A stretch of 64,000 nt of DNA from Eledone cirrhosa (taxonomy: Eukaryota). The stretch is from the NCBI GenBank assembly GCA_964016885.1, contig OZ024752.1, positions 27,714,001 to 27,778,000 of the forward strand. The letters are read 5' to 3'. The notes under the pieces were generated by a model. The model had not been told where the DNA came from. It worked only from the letters and a program-made list of their open reading frames with translations, and made no database searches. The position numbers were made by a program, and so were the translations under genes. Positions 1-12,583 of the stretch are shown here, piece by piece; position 1 is the stretch's first letter, and the number at the start of each line of letters is the position of its first letter.

Positions 1-2431
1 ACTGTGGAACTAGTACCAACTTCGGTTATCAACACACAATGTGTGGAACTAGTACCAACTTCGGCTATCAACACACAAACTGTGGAACTAGTACCAACTT
101 CGGTTATCAACACACAATTTGTGGAACTAGTACCAACTTCGGCTATCAACACACAAACTGTGGAACTAGTACCACTTCGTCTATCAACACACAAACTGTG
201 GAACTAGTTCCAACTTCGGCTATCAACACACAAACTGTGGAACTAGTACCAACTTCGGCTATCAACACACAAACTGTGGAACTAGTACAAACTTCGGCTA
301 CCAACACACAAACTGTGGAACTAGTACCAACTACGGCTATCAACACACAAACTGTGGAACTAGTACCAACTTCGGCTATCAACACACAAACTGTGGAACT
401 AGTACCAACTGCGGCTATCAACACACAATCTGTGGAACTAATACCAACTTCGGCTATCAACACACAAACTGTGGAACTAGTACCAACTTCGGCTATCAAC
501 ACACAAACTGTGGAACTAGTACCAACTTCGGCTATCAACACACAAACTGTGGAACTAGTACCAACGGCGGCTATCAACACACAAACTGTGGAACTAGTAC
601 CAACGGCGGCTATCAACACACAATCTGTGGAACTAGTACCAACTTCGGCTATCAACACACAAACTGTGGAACTAGTACCAACTTCGGCTATCAACACACA
701 AACTGTGGAACTAGTACCAACTTCGGCTATCAACACACAAACTGTGGAACTAGTACCAACTTCGTCTATCAACACACAAACTGTGGAACTAGTACAAACT
801 TCGTCTATCAACACACAAACTGTGGAACTAGTACCAACTTCGTCTATCAACACACAAACTGTGGAACTAGTACCAACTTCGGTTATCAACACAATCTGTC
901 AAACTAGTACCAACTTCGGCTATCAACACACAAACTGTGGAACTAGTACAAACTTCGTCTATCAACACAGAAACTGTGGAACTAGTACCAACTTCGTCTA
1001 TCAACACTCAAACTGTGGAACTAGTACCAACTTCGGCTATCAACACACAAACTGTGGAACTAGTACAGACTTCGTCTATCAAGACACAAACTGTGGAACT
1101 ACTACCAACTTCGTCTATCAACACTCAAACTGTGGAACTAGTACCAACTTCGTCTATCAACACACAAACTGTGGAACTAGTACCAACTTCGTCTATCAAC
1201 ACACAATCTGTGGAACTAGTACAAACTTCGTCTATCAACACACACGCTGTGGAACTAGTACCAACTTCGTCTATCAACACACATACTGTGGAACTAGTAC
1301 CAACTTCGTCTATCAACACACATACTGTGGAACTAGTACAAACTTCGTCTATCAACACACAAACTGTGGAACTAGTACCAACTTCGTCTATCAACACACA
1401 ATCTGTGGAACTAGTACCAACTTCGTCTATCAACACACATACTGTGGAACTAGTACAAACTTCGTCTATCAACACACATACTGTGGAACTAGTACAAACT
1501 TCGTCTATCAACACACAAACTGTGGAACTAGTACCAACTTCGTCTATCAACACACAAACTGTGGAACTAGTACCAACTTCGTCTATCAACACACAAACTG
1601 TGGAACTAGTACCAACTTCGTCTATCAACACACAAACTGTGGAACTAGTACCAACTTCGTCTATAAACACACAAACTGTGGAACTAGTACCAACTTCGTC
1701 TATCAACACACAAACTGTGGAACTAGTACCAACTTCGTCTATCAACACACAATCTGTGGAACTAGTACAAACTTCGTCTCTCAACACACAAACTGTGGAA
1801 CTAGTACCAACTTCGGCTATCAACACACAAACTGTGGAACTAGTACCAACTACGGCTATCAACACACACACTGTGGAACTAGTACCAACTTTGTCTATCA
1901 ACACAGAAACTGTGGAACTAGTACCAACTTCGGTTATCAACACACAATGTGTGGAACTAGTACCAACTTCGGCTATCAACACACAAACTGTGGAACTAGT
2001 ACCAACTTCGGTTATCAACACACAATTTGTGGAACTAGTACCAACTTCGGCTATCAACACACAAACTGTGGAACTAGTACCAACTTCGTCTATCAACACA
2101 CAATCTGTGGAACTAGTACCAACTTCTGCTATCAACACACAATGTGTGGAACTAGTGCCAACTTCGGCTATCAACAGACAAACTGTGGAACTAGTACCAA
2201 CTTCGGTTATGAACACACAATGTGTGGAACTAGTACCAACTTCGGCTATCAACACACAAACTGTGGAACTAGTACCAACTTCGTCTATCAACACACAATC
2301 TGTGGAACTAGTACCAACTTCTGCTATCAACACACAATGTGTGGAACTAGTACCAACTTCGGCTATCAACAGACAAACTGTGGAACTAGTACCAACTTCG
2401 GCTATCAACACATAAACTGTGGAACTAGTAC
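1..2431. repeat. 39-bp minisatellite array (~62 copies in window, runs off the left edge), consensus AACTGTGGAACTAGTACCAACTTCG(G/T)CTATCAACACACA
   Basis: Tandem period of 39 nt is directly visible. The long ORFs on both strands (VELVPTSAINTQT, CGTSTNFGYQHTN) result from a stop-free 13-codon unit. Confidence 0.97.
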
Positions 2432-3362
2432 CGAACTTCCCCATTTACTCAGGCCGCTACTGTTTACATGTAGTGGTCCAGCCCACTCTCGCCAGGGGAA
2501 CGTCGTACTCTTGCACAGCACTACCTTTCCTCTATCGGCCTAAAAAGGAGGACAGATCTTGTTATCATTAGCGTCAATTGAACTTAGACCGTAATTCCAC
2601 CGAATTAATAAGAAACAAAAACTCTATTAATCACAGCTCCATGTTATGCTAATCTCTTTCAAATCTGTCTGAAGTTGAGGTTGCAATCGTAAACAGTGGC
2701 GCAATGTTAAATAATTTTTTTCATTTTATGGGTTGTTGATCTATTGACAGATAGATTAAAAGTAAAACTTCTCCAGGATAGAACTCATTGTTGTTATTAT
2801 TTGAAATATTTTCTTGCGTGTAAAATATATCTACTTCTATGGTGTTAATTAACCCAACAAAACCATCTTAAAACTGGTTTTAGATCCAACAAATTATCCA
2901 TTTCTTTCGTAATACCATCAAGTAGATATTAGATTTTCATAGTCTAAGCGCTTAACTCTACGTTTGGTAACATTAAATACATGTGAAGCACATCTCTGTA
3001 TAGGACGAATAATCCCCATAGTACGTTTCACAAGTGATCCGTTGAGACAAGTAAACATTTAGTATTTTGCCAAGGTCAGAATTATAGGCGTCCAATTATT
3101 TCTGAAAGATTTTTGAATTTTTTTACCAGTTACCTGGACAAAAAAGCACTAGCAATATGTATACCAATATATACTCGACCCACTGAACCCGCTATAAACA
3201 ATCAGTTATTCAGGGCCTAACTGTTTTGCTAAAACGTTGATCAGGTTTACAACCAAGATATAAACGTACTGCTGAATAGACATATAAGCCAAAAAACTGG
3301 CAAAGGATTTGAACTTGCGATTTTTGTGCTATTTTGACAGTAAATCACACGGTGGAGGGATC

Positions 3363-3383
3363 GAGAGAGAGAGAGAGAGAGCC

Positions 3384-3468
<85 letters not shown>
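3363..3468. repeat. (GA)n microsatellite
   Basis: Direct reading. Confidence 0.95.
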
Positions 3469-3471
<3 letters not shown>

Positions 3472-3899
3472 ACTGTAACAAAAGTAAAAAGTAAATAAAT
3501 AGGACAGGGGGAAGGAAACTAGTGAGAGAGAGAGAGAAGGGGATAGAGAGAGAGATAAAGAGAGAAGATGAGAGAGAGAGAGAGAGAGAGTGAGAGGGAG
3601 ACAGATAGAGAGAGGATGAGAGAAGGAATGAGGCAAACAGAGAGGATGAGGAAAGGAAACCACATAAATATGTGTATGAGAAACGACAGAATATGTATTA
3701 AAAAGATGGAAATTTCAAACAAATAAAACAAAACAAGCATATTTCATGTGCTTGATAGGATTTTCTTCACAAAGTATTGGTTGTGTTGGGCTTATTGACG
3801 GTAGTGATGATGCTGTTGGTTGTTATGTTGGTAATGTGTATGTATAGAGATATTTATGAGTGTGTTTGTGTGTGCGTAGGTTTATATTTGTCTTCTTAT

Positions 3900-3965
<66 letters not shown>

Positions 3966-3998
3966 TATCAACACATATATGTCATCTTATGTATATAA

Positions 3999-4064
<66 letters not shown>

Positions 4065-4539
4065 CCACACATATATGTCATCTTATATTTATTTTTCAAT
4101 AGTGACTCTAAGATACAATCCCCGGCGGCTACACGCCAATTCGGCAACGAGAAAATAATAAAATAAAAATAACAAGTCCTCAAATAACGTCTTAGGTTTT
4201 TCATGTCTCTTAAAAATTAAATGAGCGATTGGTGGTTAATATATTGATTTTGAAAACACATAGGCAGATATACGAATGTACGAATGTCGATTCACACACA
4301 AACACCAATATAAGCACTGAAACACACAGACCTGCTTCTACTAAATACATTCGAAAACATAGTCATACATCCATCCATCCATACGTACATAATGTATATA
4401 TATATATATATATACACACACAAAGACATAGGTAAAATGCTGAAGAAAAAAGTAACATATAAGAAAATACATGTATTTTTCCTCAGAAGGAATAAACGTA
4501 ATATTGATGATGATAATAATTATAATGATAATAATAATA

Positions 4540-7047
4540 GCATGTTCGACAACAACCAGAAGATGCTCAGAACCGCATGTTCGACAACAACCAGAAGATG
4601 CTGTTTGGACAGCTTGAGGGGAAAGAAAGAGGCAACGACTTGATCCCTGGGGCGGAACAAGCTAAAACATTCTGGAGAGGAATATGGGAGCAGGATGTTA
4701 GACACAATGCCCAGGCAGGGTGGATTGAGACAGTACAGAGGCAGATCGGTGAGCAGGCACAGCAACAGACTGATTTGAGTATCACAGTTGAAACTCTTAA
4801 GGGGCAAGCCAAAAAATTAACCAACTGGATATCACCAGGCCCAGATGGTGTGCAGGGGTATTGGATTAAACATTTAACATCCCTCCACCCGAAGCTGACG
4901 GCCATGTTCAATGACTGCTTGGTGTCGGGTGAGGTGCCAGAGTGGTTGACAAAAGGTACCACAGTTCTGATAATGAAAGACCGAATCAAGGGTAATGATG
5001 TTACCAACTATAGACCTATCACATGTCTGCCCGTAATGTGGAAACTGTTGACGAGCATTGTGTCTGAGGAAATCTACCATCACCTCCACACAAACAACTT
5101 GTTGCCGGACGAACAGAAAGGATGCCGAAAGAAGTCACGTGGTACAAAGGACCAGTTGCTTATTGATAAGATGGTAATGGGGAATTGCAGGAGGAGACAC
5201 ACTGATCTTGCCATGGGATGGATAGACTACAGAAAGGCATTTGACATGGTGCCTCATTCCTGGATCACCAAAAGCCTGGAGATCTTCAGGGTGGCAGATA
5301 ACATCAGACAGTTGCTGGGCAGGAGTATGGGGTCCTGGGAGACAGAGTTGACATCAACTGGAGTATCCTTGGGAAGCGTGAAGATCAAGAGAGGTATCTT
5401 CCAGGGAGATAGCCTGTCCCCTCTGTTGTTTGTCCTTGCCCTGATGCCCTTGACCATTATGCTGCGAAAAGTGAGAGCAGGATACAAGTTGGGAAGGGGA
5501 GAGCTTACCATCAATCACCTCCTCTTCATGGACGATCTTAAGCTCTTCGGGAAAAGTGAGAAGGAGTTGGATGTGCTTGTTGACACTGTCCGTATTTTCA
5601 GCAGTGATATATGTATGCAGTTTGGTATTGGTAAATGTGGAGTCATTGTGATGAGGAGGGGTAGGTTGAGCAGAAGTAACGGGATCCAGATACCAACAGG
5701 TGAGATGATAAAGGAAATTGACTCTGAGGAAGGATACAAGTATTTGGGCGTTCTGGAGGCTGATGGCATAAAGAACAAAAAAATGAAGGAATTGTTAAGA
5801 ACTGAATACATTCGGAGAGTAAGGAGCGTATTGAAGTCACATCTGAACAGCAGAAATGCCATAAGCGCAGTAAATTCCCGAGCTGTGTCTATTATTAGGT
5901 ACAGTGCGGGAATTCTGAGATGGAATGTTGCTGAACAAAAAGAAATGGATAGGAAGACTAGGAAGCTATTGACTATCTACAACATGTTCCACAAGAGGAG
6001 TGATGTCGATAGACTCTACCTAAGGAGATCTGAGGGTGGAAGAGGTCTTATCAGCATAGAGGACTGTGTTCAGATGGAGAAAAACAACCTATACAAATAC
6101 GTGACCTATAGTAAGGAGCCAATGCTCAGAGCTGTACTGAAGGAGGGGACAGTAGGCCAGGGGATATCCAAGGAGGAAATAACATCAAGGAGGAAGAGCA
6201 GCCTTAAGGGAAAATCCCTTCATAGTACCTTCTTTGAGAAAACTGAATTTAGAGATCCACAGACATGGAACTGGTTGAGAAGAGGAGACCTCAAAAAGGC
6301 TACAGAAGGAATGCTAATGGCTGCGCAGGAGCAGGCCCTCAAAACGAAGTGGTTGAAGCACCATATCTACAGGGAGGAGGCTAGCCCACTGTGCAGGATC
6401 TGTGGAGAGAGAGAGGAGACTGTGGCTCACATTGTGTCCGAGTGTAAACACCTAGCCCAGACCCACTATAAGGGCTGGAGACACGATGTGATGGGCAGGG
6501 TGATCCACTGGCACCTGTGCAAAGTAAACAATCTACCACATTCTGAGAAATGGTATGAGCATAGGCCAGAGGCGGTGATGGAGAACAGTCAGGTGAAGGT
6601 GCTGTGGGATTTTAGGATACAGACGGACAAAAAACTGGAACACAATAGACCTGACCTGGTGGTTGTGGACAAAGAAAAAAGATCGTGCCTGATTGTGGAT
6701 GTGGCCTGCCCGTTCGACACGAGGGTGCAAGAGAAGGAGAGGGAGAAAATTAACCGATACCAGGACCTAAAGTGGGAGGTGAAAAGGATTTGGAACTGCC
6801 ATGAAGTCAAAGTGATCCCGATTGTCATAGGCGCACTGGGGACTATCTCCAAAGGTTTCCAGGGATGGTTAAAGAAAATCGGCCCCTTCACGCTTTTTGG
6901 AACGCTTCAAAAGGCATGCTTGCTTGGAACGGCAAGAACCCTCCGATACGTCCTGAATATCTGAAGCTGCAGGTAGTGGCTTGATATTCAATCCAACGGA
7001 CTTTCCAGTTAACCAACATCAATGACTGAGATTCAAGGAATAACAAC
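4540..7047 (+). mobile_element. 5'-truncated non-LTR retrotransposon, R4/Dong-like (RT + restriction-like endonuclease), inserted in a (TAA)n tract
   Basis: One uninterrupted ORF, a short 3' UTR, and AAT repeats on both flanks (4514-4539, 7048-7090). Dong-type R4-clade elements are known to target TAA repeats. Confidence 0.88.
4577..6964 (+). CDS. Reverse transcriptase + CCHC zinc knuckle + RLE (PD-D/ExK) endonuclease, N-terminally truncated
   Basis: Motifs SPGPDG, YRPITCL, IDYRKAFD, IFQGDSLSP, FMDD, YKYLG, CRIC..ETVAHIVSEC, RHD, NRPD..VDVACPFD, K..RY. Confidence 0.92.
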   Translation: MFDNNQKMLFGQLEGKERGNDLIPGAEQAKTFWRGIWEQDVRHNAQAGWIETVQRQIGEQAQQQTDLSITVETLKGQAKKLTNWISPGPDGVQGYWIKHLTSLHPKLTAMFNDCLVSGEVPEWLTKGTTVLIMKDRIKGNDVTNYRPITCLPVMWKLLTSIVSEEIYHHLHTNNLLPDEQKGCRKKSRGTKDQLLIDKMVMGNCRRRHTDLAMGWIDYRKAFDMVPHSWITKSLEIFRVADNIRQLLGRSMGSWETELTSTGVSLGSVKIKRGIFQGDSLSPLLFVLALMPLTIMLRKVRAGYKLGRGELTINHLLFMDDLKLFGKSEKELDVLVDTVRIFSSDICMQFGIGKCGVIVMRRGRLSRSNGIQIPTGEMIKEIDSEEGYKYLGVLEADGIKNKKMKELLRTEYIRRVRSVLKSHLNSRNAISAVNSRAVSIIRYSAGILRWNVAEQKEMDRKTRKLLTIYNMFHKRSDVDRLYLRRSEGGRGLISIEDCVQMEKNNLYKYVTYSKEPMLRAVLKEGTVGQGISKEEITSRRKSSLKGKSLHSTFFEKTEFRDPQTWNWLRRGDLKKATEGMLMAAQEQALKTKWLKHHIYREEASPLCRICGEREETVAHIVSECKHLAQTHYKGWRHDVMGRVIHWHLCKVNNLPHSEKWYEHRPEAVMENSQVKVLWDFRIQTDKKLEHNRPDLVVVDKEKRSCLIVDVACPFDTRVQEKEREKINRYQDLKWEVKRIWNCHEVKVIPIVIGALGTISKGFQGWLKKIGPFTLFGTLQKACLLGTARTLRYVLNI

Positions 7048-7091
<44 letters not shown>

Positions 7092-7121
7092 GAAGAAGAA
7101 GAAGAAGAAGAAGACGACGAC

Positions 7122-7155
<34 letters not shown>

Positions 7156-7210
7156 ACGGCGACGAAGAAGAAGAAGAAGAAGAAGAAGAAGAAGAAGAAG
7201 AAGAAGAAGA
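7048..7210. repeat. Compound trinucleotide microsatellite (AAT)n(AAG)n(ACG)n(AAG)n
   Basis: Direct reading. Confidence 0.95.
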
Positions 7211-7582
7211 AAAAGTACTGAGGAAAGAGAGGAAAGAGGTAAGATATAACAATACCTAAACCATGAAATTATTAAGTAAAATGAAAATCAAAGAATTACT
7301 TCTTTCACAAAAAAATGAGCAGCAAGGAAATTGCAATTTTCTTCCAGAGTGAAAAAAATATTTAGAATTGATAAGTCAGCAATGGTAAATTCTGATTCTT
7401 GCCAAAATATAATATTTTCTGTTTCTTTCTTTCTTTCTTTCTTTCTTTCTTTATTTATTTATTTCTTTATTTATTCTTGATATCTGTGTCTTTCTCTATT
7501 ACTCTATGTATATCATGCTTCTATGTAGGTACATACTTACGTATGTAGTATGTTTGTGTGTAAGCATATATATATATATATA

Positions 7583-8004
7583 AACGGAAAAAATGAAACG
7601 AAATTTCATTTCCCACTCTTAGTACGGCTGTTACTTAAATATAAGTATGTACACGTACATACATATATGTATACAGACGTACAGTAGTATTTATATATAT
7701 ATATATACATGCACACATATATATACGTACGTATGGATTCACCGAACATTTATTATAATGCTTGGTGTGTTTGTAAACAAACATCCCGTATTAGGCCGTT
7801 GTGTCTAGCAACCATCGTTGCTCGTTTGTTCAACACTGACAAAGGAACGCTGTACTAGTTTCAAGCTTATTAGCTATTGTCAGCAGCGTATACCTTCCTG
7901 CCTGATTGTTGAACGTATATACTTACCTTATGCATATTAACGGCTGATTAGCCCAATTTGCATATCGAGTGGGTTAATCGGCCGGGTGCACCGAAAACGA
8001 TAAA
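7583..8004 (-). mobile_element. ~420-bp non-coding element with a degenerate hammerhead motif; relative of the 469-bp unit
   Basis: Minus strand ~7847-7889 reads acgctg-CTGACAA-t-agct-aata-agct-t-GAAA-ctag-TA-cagcgt. Shares end motifs (aaacgataaaa, aacgaaatt, aatttgcata) with the 469-bp unit; homologous pieces lie at 23212-23775. Confidence 0.65.
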
Positions 8005-8945
8005 ATAACAGATTAAAGTTTAAGCAAAGAATCGCTGCTTTCACCGTTAACGGGATCTTCTGAAACTAACAAAGTCAATCTGTAAACGCAGAAGTGGATA
8101 TTTCAAAAAACGTTGCAACCGGAGGAACACAGGAATGCCATACTTTGGTTCGTGGAAACGTCCCTGGCAGAGAACGGGAAAAAACGAATATAATACGTCA
8201 TTAATAGGAGCGGTGAAAAACAATTACGCGCAAAGACAGAACCACGTTTATGGTATAAAAGAAGTCGTAGACTAATATTGTCTTAAGTGGTTCATAGAGA
8301 CGTTCTCTGGCAACGAACGGAAAAAGCGAAGATAATACATCGTATGTGGAGCGTGGAGAACGATTGCTACAATGGGATAGCTGAAGTCGTAGACTAAAAT
8401 TCTAACTAGGAAACCGAATGAATCTCCGCTTCAGAGTTAAGAATAAAGTAAATAAAATACAGAGGTATTAGAAATTAAATAAATATATACACGCATGCAA
8501 ATACGTACATACACAATCATACGCGAAAACACTTGCCATAGGTATACAAACCACACACATATAAATATGTGTGTGTGTGTGTGTGTGCGTGTATACAAAT
8601 AAATAAATAATTAAATAAACGTATATAAATAAATAAATACGTATATAACAAGCGCACACACATACCTACATGTAAATACATAAATGCTCGGAGACGTAAG
8701 TCAATCAAAACATGAAGTACACATATACACACACCCAACATACGTACGAACTTGCATGCTCACACAGACGCAAAACTCCCGTATACACATAACCAAACCA
8801 TATGTACCAGAATATATAAAAAATTATACGCCATAACATATACAATCATATACGTACGAGAAAGTATACGTACCTTCACAAAACATACAGGTAATATATA
8901 CTTACCTATGCAAATAAGTAATGGTATAAACAAAACATATACTTA
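8005..8945. repeat. Dispersed ~0.9-kb non-coding repeat; diverged inverted copy at ~57205-58115
   Basis: For example 'gattaaagtttaagcaaagaatcgctgctttcacc' at ~8011 matches the reverse complement at ~58070-58106, and similarity is colinear throughout. Confidence 0.85.
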
Positions 8946-9028
8946 GCTACCACATCAAGACGTAAAATATCCACGTATAGATCGTACTATCCGTTAGGGT
9001 ATAACGTGGGGCTGTAATACATTATTAT

Positions 9029-9121
<93 letters not shown>

Positions 9122-10318
9122 CATTTATATATGTATATGTATATGTATATATATTTGTGTGTGTGTGTGTGTGTTTAGGTAAAGAGAAATAACAACACAA
9201 TCGGTACAGTATATGGAAGGGGTATATTAGCTTAACGCTTGATATAGCAGGAAGAGGGTCTTAACGTTTCGGACGCTAGTCCTTCGCATATGAGTGTGTG
9301 TTTATGCTTGTGAGTTAATGTGTGTGTTTGTATGTGTGTGGGATTGTCTACGTCTACGTGTGTGTGTACGTGTGTCAAAATGAAAATTTATTGGTTCAAT
9401 ATAAAATGTTTGAGCTTCAGAGATCATAGTACAAAACCTATCCTAAGGAGCTTTGTTCACTAATAAAGTATAGGTATATTGTTCGTGCTCAATTTTGTTG
9501 GCTCACGTTAGTCATAAGTTTAGCACTACTGATGTTAAAGATAAAATGAACCTTTGAAGGGTGACGTGGCAATTTTAGTGATTCACTAAATTCTTCAAAG
9601 CCAATGAATTTATTGAGTGATTACTGTATTGTTCTGTACACATTGCTATTTGTATTGCGGTCAGTTTCGCCTATCATTCATTCGTTTGAGATCACTAAAT
9701 AAAGTGCCAGTTCCGAGGGTGTTGAATTGGTAGAATTTCTTTAAATCTGATGAGATACTTGGCAATATCTGATTTGGCTCTGCGTTCTGTGTCCAAATTA
9801 CACCTCTTTCTGCCAGTATCAGCAATGGAAAGATCAATAGAAACATAGTATCTTTGGTTAGATCTGACCAGAAGTTCGTTGTTTAGATTTTCTCACCAAA
9901 CATTAATTTGTCTTTTTAGAAACTCACTCTGAAAATTCCAATAAAACACGTTCTTGATGACCATCCAATTTGCAAGATTACAGTCTTCTCTATCTTTCTA
10001 TATCACACCCTATCTGTCCATTTAACTATTTCTAATTATGTTTATTTGTTTATCAGTATATCAATAAATCGAATCGAATAGATCTAAGTTGATTTCAACA
10101 GCGAATGTGCTAGTTCTTCGATTAACAGAACAGCCTGCAAATGAATTAACGTGTAAAGGGACTGAACATCCTACAGTTATTGATTATGATGGTTGTTAGT
10201 TAATGTTTATTGGAGAATGTGAGATCGATACAATTGAAGTTGCGGGAGATCTGGGCGATTATTTGTTTAGCAGATGGGAAGGCAGAAACTAAAATATTGA
10301 AGGACACTATGTCTCGAA

Positions 10319-10632
10319 CAGGGTGTGCAACATATTCCAATGGCGGGCCACTCTGGAACATTGGAACAACTATTAGGGTCATTAATATTTATTAAGCACT
10401 ATTCCAAAAATTCACCACAACTTCTTTCCATAACATGGAATTGGGAAATTATAACACACATAACCCTATCAGTGAAGCCCTTTACTTTGGGTCAACTAAC
10501 AGAAAATTGTTTTACAGTTATGAAAAAAGTTCTAAATAAGCCTACAAGATAAAAATTAAAAACGGTCATCGAGGGTCACTCTGGGTCTAGCGGGCCGGAT
10601 TGTGGCCCGCGGACCGCCTGTTGCACGCCCTG
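10319..10632. mobile_element. hAT-like MITE (~314 bp)
   Basis: Terminal inverted repeats CAGGGTGTGCAAC / GTTGCACGCCCTG plus subterminal GCGGGCC/GGCCCGC motifs typical of hAT elements. No clear 8-bp TSD. Confidence 0.7.
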
Positions 10633-11008
10633 TTCGAGAGTAAAAAAGAATCTATTCCGGTTAAATATAAGGTGGTTGATTTCTAAGAGTCTGTTAAAGA
10701 CGTTGTTGGTGCTGTCGATAACAACCGCAAAGGTGTGGAATAACATGTTTTCAGTGGGAACCATTGACATATTCCTATGTGCACATGCTCTCACAAGCGT
10801 ATACAGAATCACACATGTACATACACATACACACACATACGCGCACGCACACACACACTCTTTTATAGACACACGCAGATATATATATATTTTTATGTAT
10901 ATATATATATATATATATGAACGCACAAACAAATCCGGTTAGCACGGCGGTCGGGATTTTACCTATCTCCATATATATATACTTAACAAATCTTCCTTGT
11001 ATTATATA

Positions 11009-11123
<115 letters not shown>

Positions 11124-11189
11124 AGGGGGTGTAACTTGGAGTTACTGCAGGTTCACCCGTGAGAGCACTCGATGTTTAGGTTCACTTCT

Positions 11190-11233
<44 letters not shown>

Positions 11234-11281
11234 TATAGATAGGTAAATATACACGGGTGTGTATGATTGTGTATAGAAGAT

Positions 11282-11388
11282 TATATTAATAAGAGGAATT
11301 CCAACTTTGTCTGATTTACTCGTTTTATTTACATATTAAAGGATTGTAAATAAAACGAGTAAATCAGACAAAGTTGGAATTCCTCTTA

Positions 11389-11396
<8 letters not shown>
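11282..11396. repeat. Perfect hairpin element (~47-bp arms) next to (AT)n; single-arm relative at ~35209-35267
   Basis: attaataagaggaattccaactttgtctgatttactcgttttatttaca, a loop, then its exact reverse complement. Confidence 0.85.
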
Positions 11397-11455
<59 letters not shown>

Positions 11456-12583
11456 ATACACAGATATATATATATATTTATTTATTAAAATAACAGATTT
11501 ATTTATCCTTATCGAGCCCTCTTTGGATTTTAGTTTTCAAATTTATTATTATTACTATATATATATATATGTGTGTGTACAGTATATGGGGTATGTAAGT
11601 ATATGCACATATATACATGTATGTATGTGGGATATAACTGTCTCAGTTTCAACGATAATTGTTGCAGTTCGCTCAATGGAACATCCTGGTCATAGAATGA
11701 ACGTTTAATTAGCTGTGTATTTCACAAACAGATGTACGCTTAACGTAATTCTCAAGGACTCCTTTCAAATACGGATAAAGTCTATTCGGCATCAACGCAT
11801 GTATGTGTAATTATAAATGAGATATTATGTGTGTGTGTTTGTCTGTGTTTGTGTTTGTGCATGTGTCTGTGTATTAGCTTGTGTTCTATTTAGGCTTAAA
11901 TAATGTCAAATGAAACATTGTTTGTGAAGCAAAATAAAAGAGCATTGATATGAGAAAGATATGAAGCATCCAGCTGATTCGCAATAATTATAATGAATAC
12001 AAAGCAACTAACTTTAATTGCATTAATAATTAATGAATTCTTACATTAATAACAATTCTGTACTGATCAAGTCCCGATTAGAAATTAATTAGCTTTCTTT
12101 TGTAAATTGTGTGAACCATATTTATTCGCTCAGTCACATATAGAACACGAGAAGGATTGATTAATTGAAAACTGATTTACATAAACCAGACGTAATGTGA
12201 GTGTTTCAATAAGGCGAAATAATTTGGAGGCTGCAATAAATATTGTTTACAAGGAAGCAAACTCATGATAATATGAAACAATACATAAATTACTATGTAG
12301 AGACATACATGACTATCCTTCTATCCATGTATTTATCTATCCAACTTCTCTCTCTCTGTATTTATATAGCTATCTATCTTGATAGAGTAAGACACGCTTC
12401 ACATCGGCTCCGCTATTCCATCAGGATTTACCCTTACTATAGTAAGTACCGGATAAATTTTTCAGTGCAACACATTTGGAACACTAACCCCTGTTATTTA
12501 GGGAAACATTTTTGCATTTACCCCCTTTTTAGGGGGTAAAATAAATATCTATTTTTTTGCCGAAAAATTTCTTTCTTGGCAGC

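Noticed and set aside
1-2431. Possible CRISPR array or hammerhead array (GGAACTAGTAC resembles GAAACTAGT)
   Set aside because: No unique spacers, eukaryotic context, and no CTGANGA box or stem II.
39-2543. 834-aa, 492-aa and 439-aa repetitive ORFs
   Set aside because: Products of the stop-free 39-bp unit; open on both strands, with frames swapping at small deletions.
9256-9288. Partial hammerhead on the minus strand (ggac-tagc-gtcc-GAAA-cgt-TA)
   Set aside because: The CTGA box and stem I are missing; at most a remnant.
9640-9900. Possible decayed hAT transposase C-terminus (FLLIFP..LAERG) on the minus strand
   Set aside because: Resemblance is too short and broken to support without a search.
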